NCBI GenBank assembly: GCA_964342845.1
Contig: CAYFGV010000001.1
Span: 1-59,517 of the forward strand
Direction: 5' to 3'
Length of the DNA stretch: 59,517 bases
Source of the DNA: Candidatus Woesearchaeota archaeon
GTDB taxonomy: Archaea; Nanobdellota; Nanobdellia; SCGC-AAA011-G17; CAYFGV01
Both the position numbers and the translations under genes were made by a program. Below, in pieces: positions 36,829 through 44,281 of the stretch. Within the stretch, counting starts at the first letter, position 1. Each line of letters starts with the position of its first letter. The notes beneath the pieces were generated by a model. The model had not been told where the DNA came from. It saw nothing but the letters and a program-made list of their open reading frames with translations, and made no database searches.

Positions 36829-37499
36829 TCTTTTCCTCCTGTCATTTCACCATCTTTTAAAAACACCTGTTTTTTTGTTTTCTTTGCTATCTTTCTATCA
36901 TGAGTAATTATAACAACAGTCTTACCCCTTTCATTCAACTCTTTTAACAAATTCATTATAATCTCTCCTGTTTTACTATCTAGGTTTCCAGTTGGTTCAT
37001 CAGCTAAAATAATATCAGGATCATTTGCCAAAGCCCTTGCTATTGCAACTCTCTGCTGCTCTCCACCAGATAACTCATTAGGTTTATGATTCTCTCTTTT
37101 ACTTAAACCAACACTTTCTAACAACTCAGAAGCTCTTCTCTTCCTTACTTCTAAAGGAATTTCTTGAAAGCCCATTGCTAACATAACATTTTCTTTTGCA
37201 CTCAAATTTTTAATTAAATTAAAAGCCTGAAAAACAAAACCTAGTTTCTTTCCTCTTAACACAGCTAAGTCAGACTCTTCTAATTTAGAAATATCTTCTT
37301 TAAATAAAAATATCTTACCTTTACTAGGAACATCCAAACAACCAATTAAAGTTACTAAAGTAGATTTACCTGATCCAGAAGGCCCTAAAATTGAAAGAAA
37401 ATCACCTTGATTAATCTCTAAACCAATATTTTTTAGAACAGCAAGCTTTCTATCTCCAATCTCATACTCTTTAGAAACCTGCTCTAATTGTATCTGCAT
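36825..37499 (-). CDS. ABC transporter ATP-binding protein (MacB/LolD-like)
   Basis: Walker [10 protein letters not shown], signature LSGGEQQRV, Walker B ILADEPT. Confidence 0.95.
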   Translation of the reverse strand: MQIQLEQVSKEYEIGDRKLAVLKNIGLEINQGDFLSILGPSGSGKSTLVTLIGCLDVPSKGKIFLFKEDISKLEESDLAVLRGKKLGFVFQAFNLIKNLSAKENVMLAMGFQEIPLEVRKRRASELLESVGLSKRENHKPNELSGGEQQRVAIARALANDPDIILADEPTGNLDSKTGEIIMNLLKELNERGKTVVIITHDRKIAKKTKKQVFLKDGEMTGGKE

Positions 37500-37604
37500 T
37501 TTACCACTCTAGGATAATGTAATTGCTTATAAAGCTTATTATTTAGGAGAAATTTTGCCTTACTAATAGAAAACTTTATTAAAAAAGAACAAATCCCATA
37601 AAAA

Positions 37605-37922
37605 ATGGAAAAAGAAATATTATTAGAATGTATTGAAGATGCATTTAAAGTCGTTTTTGATAATAAAAATCCACCTCCCAAAATAAGAAGAAAAGGAGAA
37701 GAATCTGCCTTACGCCATGCAGTAAACAATAAAATTCAAAGCAGAGGGATTAAACCAATGGAAAAAGCAAGACACGCAATTCGAAAAGCAACAAGAGAAT
37801 GTCTTTTAAACAAAGGGTACCAACTAGAATACGAAGAACAAGGATGGGTTTATATTCTCCCTAGTCATCCTTTAATGTTTTATAGTGGTGTTGCAGTATC
37901 TATCTACAAAGGCCTACACTAG
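37605..37922 (+). CDS. hypothetical protein
   Basis: 105-aa ORF. TTTATTAAA at 37575-37583 lies 22 nt upstream of the ATG. Confidence 0.4.
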   Translation: MEKEILLECIEDAFKVVFDNKNPPPKIRRKGEESALRHAVNNKIQSRGIKPMEKARHAIRKATRECLLNKGYQLEYEEQGWVYILPSHPLMFYSGVAVSIYKGLH

Positions 37923-37938
37923 GGGAAAAAGATAATAG

Positions 37939-38559
37939 TTATATCGCAAACTCAACTTCTTTAATAGTCTCTCTCTTCCCATCTAAAAGAATCTTACGAA
38001 CTAACTTCCCTTTACGAATAGCCATCTTTCTAGCCAATAAAGGATCACTTTTATATTCGTCAGGAACCACAATATCATCTATAACAAAATCATGAGCAAT
38101 CTCAGCTCTCTTAAAATCCTCAGAAACATCAAAAACAAATTCTTTCAACAATTTCAAAGGTAAAAAAACAGTACAAAAATCAGCCTTTAATTTCTTTCCT
38201 GGTTTAGGCAAAGAAGGTTTACATTTCAAAGAAATATCTTCCCCTTCCATGTTCAACAATAAAAAATCATATTCATCTTTAAACCCTTTCAACTCAGTAG
38301 ATGTAACCAAAGTAGAAACCTCTTCTTTTTTACGATTCCTAACTAACTTCCCATTAACTTCTATCTCTTCAATATTATCTGCAATTAATAAAACCAACTC
38401 ATTAATATATTCAAAACTTGTCTGCAACTTAAATCTATCTTCTTCTACTCTTATTTTCACCATAGCTCTATCTTCAAAAACACCTTTGCTAAATCTAGCA
38501 AAGTGCTTTTTTACTTCTTCATCTATTTTACCTTCAAATATTTTTTTTATAAATGACAT
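37939..38559 (-). CDS. hypothetical protein (last gene of the sigma-factor gene string)
   Basis: 206-aa ORF overlapping the upstream PLP-enzyme gene by 13 nt. No motif recognised. Confidence 0.5.
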   Translation of the reverse strand: MSFIKKIFEGKIDEEVKKHFARFSKGVFEDRAMVKIRVEEDRFKLQTSFEYINELVLLIADNIEEIEVNGKLVRNRKKEEVSTLVTSTELKGFKDEYDFLLLNMEGEDISLKCKPSLPKPGKKLKADFCTVFLPLKLLKEFVFDVSEDFKRAEIAHDFVIDDIVVPDEYKSDPLLARKMAIRKGKLVRKILLDGKRETIKEVEFAI

Positions 38560-39341
38560 TCTAATCTTTTCAGCTCAATTGAAATTGCTTTCTCCACCAC
38601 CTTTGTATAATTGGGACATTCAACAAAAGGATAATTATTTTTTTTACAATAATCAATAACCTCTTTTTTGTGTTCTATTAATATATTTAAACCTCTTTTT
38701 TCCCCATGAAATATTTTAAATTTTCTCAACTCTTTTTTAACTTGTTTTTGTTTTTTTAACAAACAATCTAATCTATTTGAATTTAATTTAGGAATTAAAT
38801 CTTTATAAAGATTGTTGTGAACCTTCGCAATAGACAATGCAACCTTTAAATCTTTAAAATTTGTACTTAAAAAACCACCATAACCAACATCAACAGCCTT
38901 CCACCTACCAAAACTTCCTATAATAATGTCAGAATATTTTCCATCAGCTAATTTTTTATCTGTAACAGAACCAGAAGCATCTTCTATCAATAACACATTC
39001 TTTTTCTTTAAAACTTTAGAAATGCCTTTTATATTTTGTTCAGCAGCATAACCTGCAAAAGAACAAACCAACAAAGCAGAAACATCATCTAAATTCTTCT
39101 CCAACTCTTTTAAATTCACTAAACCCCTATCAGTCTTCAAATACTTAACTTTAAAACCCAGCAACTCTGGATAATTTTCATAAGTAAACCAGCCTCCTTG
39201 ATCAGGGATTAAAATATACTTCTTTTTATTCTTCTGCTTAGCTAAAATCAAACTAGATAAAATAGCAGAATTCCCACTACAAGTTAATCTAACATTTTCA
39301 TGACCAGTAAACCCTTTTAATAATTCTATTGCTTTTTGCAT
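38547..39341 (-). CDS. short PLP-dependent fold-type-I enzyme, DegT/DnrJ/EryC1-like
   Basis: SGNSAILSSLILA, LIEDASGS and SFGRWKAVDVGYGG (candidate PLP-Lys in an SFxxxK context). 264 aa is short for the family. Confidence 0.55.
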   Translation of the reverse strand: MQKAIELLKGFTGHENVRLTCSGNSAILSSLILAKQKNKKKYILIPDQGGWFTYENYPELLGFKVKYLKTDRGLVNLKELEKNLDDVSALLVCSFAGYAAEQNIKGISKVLKKKNVLLIEDASGSVTDKKLADGKYSDIIIGSFGRWKAVDVGYGGFLSTNFKDLKVALSIAKVHNNLYKDLIPKLNSNRLDCLLKKQKQVKKELRKFKIFHGEKRGLNILIEHKKEVIDYCKKNNYPFVECPNYTKVVEKAISIELKRLECHL

Positions 39342-39363
39342 AAAATCTTTTTAAATCCCAGCT

Positions 39364-40194
39364 TTATAAATATTTTTCTTTTAATAATAATCTAGCATAA
39401 CCAGAACGTCTAAGTTTTTCTAATGCTAGTTTTTCAATCTGTCTTACCCTTTCCCTTGTTATAGAAAATATCTCACCAACTTCTTCCAGTGTTTTTGAAT
39501 ATCCATCTAGCCCATACCTTTGTCTAATAACTGTTGCTTCCCTTTCATTTAACTTATCTTCAATTGCTTTTCTCATCCCTACTCTTATATCTTCTTTTCT
39601 AATAACTTTAGTAGGATCATAAACTTCCTTAGTTGCAGGAATTTCAATTTTTTCAAAAGGACAATCAATATTTACAAAACCATAATCTTCCCTCAATTTC
39701 AATAAATATTTAACCTCTTCGTCATTTAAATTTAATTTAGTTAATAATTCCTCCATATCTGGTTTTCTAGCCAATTTTTGGCTTTCTTCATTAACCAAAT
39801 TCTCTAGTTTATTTAAAGTATTTAATTTATTAATAGGAAGCCTTACAACTTCTTTATTGTTTGAAATATATCTAGTTATTGCCTGTCTTATCCACCAAAC
39901 AGCATAAGTCGTAAATCTATACCCTCTACTACTATCAAATTTATCAACAGCCCTTATCAAACCAGTATTCCCTTCATTAATTAAATCTTGATTAGAAAAA
40001 GACCCATCAATATTAAAATATTGGGAAGCAATCAAGAAATTAAAACGAAGATTACCCTTAATTAATTCATGTTTTGCTCTTTCATCTCCATTTTCAACTC
40101 TCTTTACTATTTTATATTCTTCTTCTTCAGAAAGCAAAGGAAATCTACTAATATCCTTAACATATGCTTCTATACTTTGTTCACTATGTCTCAT
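39364..40194 (-). CDS. bacterial-type RNA polymerase sigma-70 family factor (group 1/2-like, no region 1.1)
   Basis: Region 2: DLINEGNTGLIRAVDKFDSSRGYRFTTYAVWWIRQAITR. Region 3: VRLPINKLNTLNKL. Region 4.2: TLEEVGEIFSITRERVRQIEKLALEKLR. Region 1.2-like N-terminus. Confidence 0.9.
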   Translation of the reverse strand: MRHSEQSIEAYVKDISRFPLLSEEEEYKIVKRVENGDERAKHELIKGNLRFNFLIASQYFNIDGSFSNQDLINEGNTGLIRAVDKFDSSRGYRFTTYAVWWIRQAITRYISNNKEVVRLPINKLNTLNKLENLVNEESQKLARKPDMEELLTKLNLNDEEVKYLLKLREDYGFVNIDCPFEKIEIPATKEVYDPTKVIRKEDIRVGMRKAIEDKLNEREATVIRQRYGLDGYSKTLEEVGEIFSITRERVRQIEKLALEKLRRSGYARLLLKEKYL

Positions 40195-40215
40195 GAAACT
40201 TAGAAAAATAAATAA

Positions 40216-40223
40216 TTTATAAA
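40216..40223 (-). promoter_or_regulatory. archaeal TATA box in front of the sigma-70-like gene
   Basis: TTTATAAA lies 22 nt upstream of the ATG at 40194, immediately after the TrpRS stop codon. Confidence 0.55.
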
Positions 40224-40224
40224 C

Positions 40225-41334
40225 CTATTCTTTCAAGAATTTATTAACATTAACTTTCTTCCTTTTCTTTTGATGTTCTTTCAAAAACTTACTCATCTTC
40301 TTAATTAAAATCTCTTTCAACTCTCCAGTCAACAACTTACCTGATTTATAATCTTCATAAATTCTCTCTAATTTCTTATCATCTGGCTCTAAACCATACC
40401 TCAACATCTGAAAAGAAACATCTATCTCAGGATTACCGCCTTTCTCCCTATGTTCTTTCAAAGTAGCCTGTCCACCAGAAAAAGCATATTTCCTAATTTT
40501 CTTAGCAGCTTCTTCAGGAGAATCAGTTAAAGCAATATAAGAACTATCATCACTACTAGACATCTTTCCACCTTTCAAACCAGGTAAAAACATATGATAA
40601 GTAGAACTTAATTGTAAAAACTTAAACATCTTAATTCTCTGTGAAATATCTCTAGCAATTCTTAGATGAGGATCTTGGTCTGCACCAACAGGTATAACAG
40701 TTGGAATAGATTTTCCTTCAAACTCTTTTAACTGAGGATGTAACATATCTGCTGCTTGTAACAAAGAAGAAGACATCTTTCCTGGAGACAAATCTCCATA
40801 AATAGATTTAAACTCATTAAAAGTAGCATGCCTAGCCAACACACCAGCCAAACTATAATAAGCACCTGCTTTTCTCCCATCTTTAGACCTAGAAGATTGA
40901 AAATAAAAATCACAATTTTTAGGTTTTAAACCTAAAGCAATATAATTTTTCAAATATTCTTCAATAGCAACATCTCTTAATTCATTTAAATTAGGATGTC
41001 TAGAATTATAAGCTTCAACATCTGCAACAGCAATATAAATCTTAGCACCTAATGACTGATAAAAAATAATTTGATCAGCAACAAGTTTATGCCCAAAATG
41101 AAATTTCCCAGAAGGCATCAAACCAGTCATCATCACAAAAGGTTTTTTCTTTTCTACAGATTCAACTATTCTCTTAAAATCCCTATGAGCAAAAACAATC
41201 TTCCTTCTAAACAAAACATTTTTCTCAAAACCAGGAGGAACAGAATGTATTGGCTTTAACCCAAAATCTTTAACCAATTTACTATAATCTATATCACCTT
41301 TAACTTCCCAAGGATTAACAATAAACTTAGCCAT
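40225..41334 (-). CDS. trpS: tryptophanyl-tRNA synthetase (archaeal/eukaryotic type)
   Basis: N-terminal NPWEVKGDIDYSKLVKDFG, HIGH-like GKFHFGH, KMSSS loop. Confidence 0.85.
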   Translation of the reverse strand: MAKFIVNPWEVKGDIDYSKLVKDFGLKPIHSVPPGFEKNVLFRRKIVFAHRDFKRIVESVEKKKPFVMMTGLMPSGKFHFGHKLVADQIIFYQSLGAKIYIAVADVEAYNSRHPNLNELRDVAIEEYLKNYIALGLKPKNCDFYFQSSRSKDGRKAGAYYSLAGVLARHATFNEFKSIYGDLSPGKMSSSLLQAADMLHPQLKEFEGKSIPTVIPVGADQDPHLRIARDISQRIKMFKFLQLSSTYHMFLPGLKGGKMSSSDDSSYIALTDSPEEAAKKIRKYAFSGGQATLKEHREKGGNPEIDVSFQMLRYGLEPDDKKLERIYEDYKSGKLLTGELKEILIKKMSKFLKEHQKKRKKVNVNKFLKE

Positions 41335-41374
41335 AACTTAATTTATTTTAAGAAGTTTATATGCTTTTTGGATT

Positions 41375-41584
41375 TTAACTCTTCTCAACCAATTCATTCA
41401 TCTCTTTAATAACCTTCTCAACTTCTTCATCAGAATACCCATGAGCTTTAAAACCTTCTTCTAAAGTTTCAGAAGCAGCCATAGCACAACCTAAACAATG
41501 AAATCCCTTTTCCATTAAAAACTCCGCAGCCTTAGGATACTTCTCCAAAACTTCTCCAATTGTATTTTCTTTTGTAATTTTCAT
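41375..41584 (-). CDS. DUF1858 / hybrid-cluster-protein-associated redox disulfide domain protein
   Basis: TIGEVLEKYPKAAEFLMEKGFHCLGCAMAASETLEE, typical of DUF1858. Confidence 0.7.
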   Translation of the reverse strand: MKITKENTIGEVLEKYPKAAEFLMEKGFHCLGCAMAASETLEEGFKAHGYSDEEVEKVIKEMNELVEKS

Positions 41585-41618
41585 AAAAAGAATAAAAAAC
41601 CTCTCTTAATAAATTTTA

Positions 41619-42860
41619 CTAATCTAAAAACTCCTCCCCCATCCTCTCATTAAACTCTCCTCGAAAATCAACCATAAACATATCCTTAACCTTCTTAGGA
41701 TAATTACTCAACAACCAAGCCAACTTAATAAAACTAGTTTCAGGAGTCATATCATTTAAATTACCAAAAATAAATTCCTGCAATTTTCTTCCAGTTGAAT
41801 AAACGTTCATATTAACTCTTCCAAAAACACACTGACTGCTCATAACAATAGGAATCTTCAAACTCTTAAAAGCTTTCAAAACTTCTAAATTATCATTAAC
41901 CCCAACATGACCTAAACCAGTACCTTCAACAACCAAACCATCAAACTTTTTAAAACACAAAACCTCTTCTTTACACATTTGAGGATGAACTTTCAAAAAC
42001 CCAACTTTCAAACTTTCCTTAAACAACCTCAACTTAAACTTTTCTCCTTTAACTTTAAAACCATCCAAAATCTTAAACTTACCACCACTAACCCTTGCAA
42101 CAGGCTTACAATTAACAGCCTTAAAAGCATCCCTTCTAGAGCTATGTAATTTACGAACCTTCAAACCATTAAAAATCAAACAACTATCATCTCCCATTCC
42201 CTCATGCATACAAACAAAAACACCAGCCAAACCAGATTTAACTATAAAATCACAAGCACTAACTAAATTTAATCTAGCATCAGAACTTCCCCTATCAGAA
42301 CTTCTCTGACTACCAACAAAAACAACAGGAACCTTTAAACCTTCTAAAATAAAACTTAATGCAGCAGAACTATAGTGCATTGTATCAGTCCCATGAGTAA
42401 CTATCACACCATCTACTTTTTTCTTAACCTCTTTTTCAATCTCTTTAGCAATTAAATTATAATGTTTAAACCCTAAATCCTCAGAAAAAACATTTAGTAT
42501 TAATTTAGACCTAATATTCACTCTTTCTCCTAATTCAGGATACATCCTAAGTAAATCCTCTGGAGTAAATTGAGAAGAAACACCACCAGTTTCATAATCA
42601 ACACGAGAAGCAACAGTACCACCCGTATGTAAAATAGCAATAGTTTTCAAACTTTTTTTACTTTTAACCTTCTTAACAATTTTTTTAACATTCCCCTTAC
42701 CCTTCAAAGTCTTAAAACTCTTAATCTTAGCTTTCTTAATTCCCATATTATACCCAGAATCTAACTTTAAAACAAGTATATCTTTATCCAAAGAAGGCAT
42801 AACCTTTCCTTTAATCTTTTCTTTTCCAACCTTAGCTTCAACTAAAGAACCCTCTTTCAT
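41619..42860 (-). CDS. gatD: Glu-tRNA(Gln) amidotransferase subunit D
   Basis: N-terminal GatD-specific domain plus an asparaginase fold with HTGGTVAS and HGTDTM motifs. About 410 aa. Confidence 0.85.
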   Translation of the reverse strand: MKEGSLVEAKVGKEKIKGKVMPSLDKDILVLKLDSGYNMGIKKAKIKSFKTLKGKGNVKKIVKKVKSKKSLKTIAILHTGGTVASRVDYETGGVSSQFTPEDLLRMYPELGERVNIRSKLILNVFSEDLGFKHYNLIAKEIEKEVKKKVDGVIVTHGTDTMHYSSAALSFILEGLKVPVVFVGSQRSSDRGSSDARLNLVSACDFIVKSGLAGVFVCMHEGMGDDSCLIFNGLKVRKLHSSRRDAFKAVNCKPVARVSGGKFKILDGFKVKGEKFKLRLFKESLKVGFLKVHPQMCKEEVLCFKKFDGLVVEGTGLGHVGVNDNLEVLKAFKSLKIPIVMSSQCVFGRVNMNVYSTGRKLQEFIFGNLNDMTPETSFIKLAWLLSNYPKKVKDMFMVDFRGEFNERMGEEFLD

Positions 42861-42924
42861 ACCTTTACTTTATTTTAACTGATTTATATAATTTACTAAG
42901 AATTCCAACAAGTTTAAAATCTCT

Positions 42925-44250
42925 CTACAAATCTATTTTCTTTCCATTACTCAAAATAAAGAAATTCTCTTCATAACCCATCATCTTACCCAAATCTTCC
43001 ATTTTAGAAGTAATATCTCTTCCACCATGTCCAGGAATTAACTTTTTAGGTTTCAAATAATCAATCAAATCCCTCAAATCTTCCCTAGAAGCATGACCAG
43101 AAGCATGGATATCAGTAAACAATCTAACACCTTTAGCACTCAACTCTTTCTCCAATTTTCCCCTAGCTTTAATATTAGCCTCAACAGGAATCACAGAACA
43201 AGAAAAAATAACATGATCATCATATTTAAATCTAAAAGGCAACTTACCATTACCAATTCTAGTTAAAATAGCTCCTGGCTCTGCCTGTCCTCCAGTACAA
43301 ACAACTAAATACTTACTACGATTCTTCTCAACTTTCTTCAACATACCTTCAACCTCTCTGCCATAAGACAAAGTCTCAACATCATGAAAATCAACTAACC
43401 CTAATCTTTCAGCAGCACCAACATACTTCCTCAAAGACCTACCTAAAAAAACAATCTTACGATTCAACTTACGACCAAAATCTACCATGCTCTTTAACCT
43501 ATGTATATGACTAGCAAAACTTGTAACAAACAAACCGTGTCCATAATTATCAGCACCAAACATAACATCTCTCAACATTTCCCTAGCAACTCTTTCAGAC
43601 GGAGTCTTCATTGCCCTATCAGCATACAGAGAATCAACAATCAAACCTAATACTTTTTCACCACGGCCAATTTCTTTTAAACGAGTATAATCTGGTTTTC
43701 TTCCAATAACAGGATGATTATCTAACTTAAAATCATTAGCATAAACTACAACACCATCAGGCGTTCTAATAACAATCAAAACACAATCCAAAGTAGAGTG
43801 AGTCACATTAATAAACTCAATCTCAATATTCTTAGAAACTTGCATAGTATACCCTGCTTTCATAACTTCTAGCTCATTTTCAATCTCAATACCTTCATCT
43901 TTATACAAACCTCTTAAAACTTCAATAGTATAAGGCGTTCCAACAACAGGAGCATTATAATCTTTAGCTAAATAAGGTACACCACCAATATGATCCAAGT
44001 GACAATGACTCAAAACAATAGCTTTTATTTTTCCTTTCAAACTTTTAACAAAATCATCATCAGGAATAGCACCTATTTTAATTAAACCCTTAGGAGTTAA
44101 ATTCCTTCTATCACCGCCCCCTTCTTCAAAACCCATTAAAGCAGGCAAATAAAAACCCATATCAAGAATAACAGCTTCATCCTTATACTCAAGAACACTC
44201 ATATTCTTTCCAACTTCACTGTATCCACCAACAGTCCACAACTTTATCAT
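42925..44250 (-). CDS. rnj: archaeal RNase J (metallo-beta-lactamase/beta-CASP ribonuclease)
   Basis: HCHLDHIGG motif and beta-CASP-type downstream motifs. About 440 aa, as in archaeal RNase J. Confidence 0.8.
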   Translation of the reverse strand: MIKLWTVGGYSEVGKNMSVLEYKDEAVILDMGFYLPALMGFEEGGGDRRNLTPKGLIKIGAIPDDDFVKSLKGKIKAIVLSHCHLDHIGGVPYLAKDYNAPVVGTPYTIEVLRGLYKDEGIEIENELEVMKAGYTMQVSKNIEIEFINVTHSTLDCVLIVIRTPDGVVVYANDFKLDNHPVIGRKPDYTRLKEIGRGEKVLGLIVDSLYADRAMKTPSERVAREMLRDVMFGADNYGHGLFVTSFASHIHRLKSMVDFGRKLNRKIVFLGRSLRKYVGAAERLGLVDFHDVETLSYGREVEGMLKKVEKNRSKYLVVCTGGQAEPGAILTRIGNGKLPFRFKYDDHVIFSCSVIPVEANIKARGKLEKELSAKGVRLFTDIHASGHASREDLRDLIDYLKPKKLIPGHGGRDITSKMEDLGKMMGYEENFFILSNGKKIDL

Positions 44251-44281
44251 ATTAAAAATATTAGAAACAGTCTTTATAAAT

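Noticed and set aside
37484-37729. 81-aa minus-strand ORF spanning the ABC ATPase promoter region.
   Set aside because: It overlaps the ATPase start, the intergenic promoters and the better-supported plus-strand ORF 37605-37922. It has no promoter of its own at the canonical spacing.
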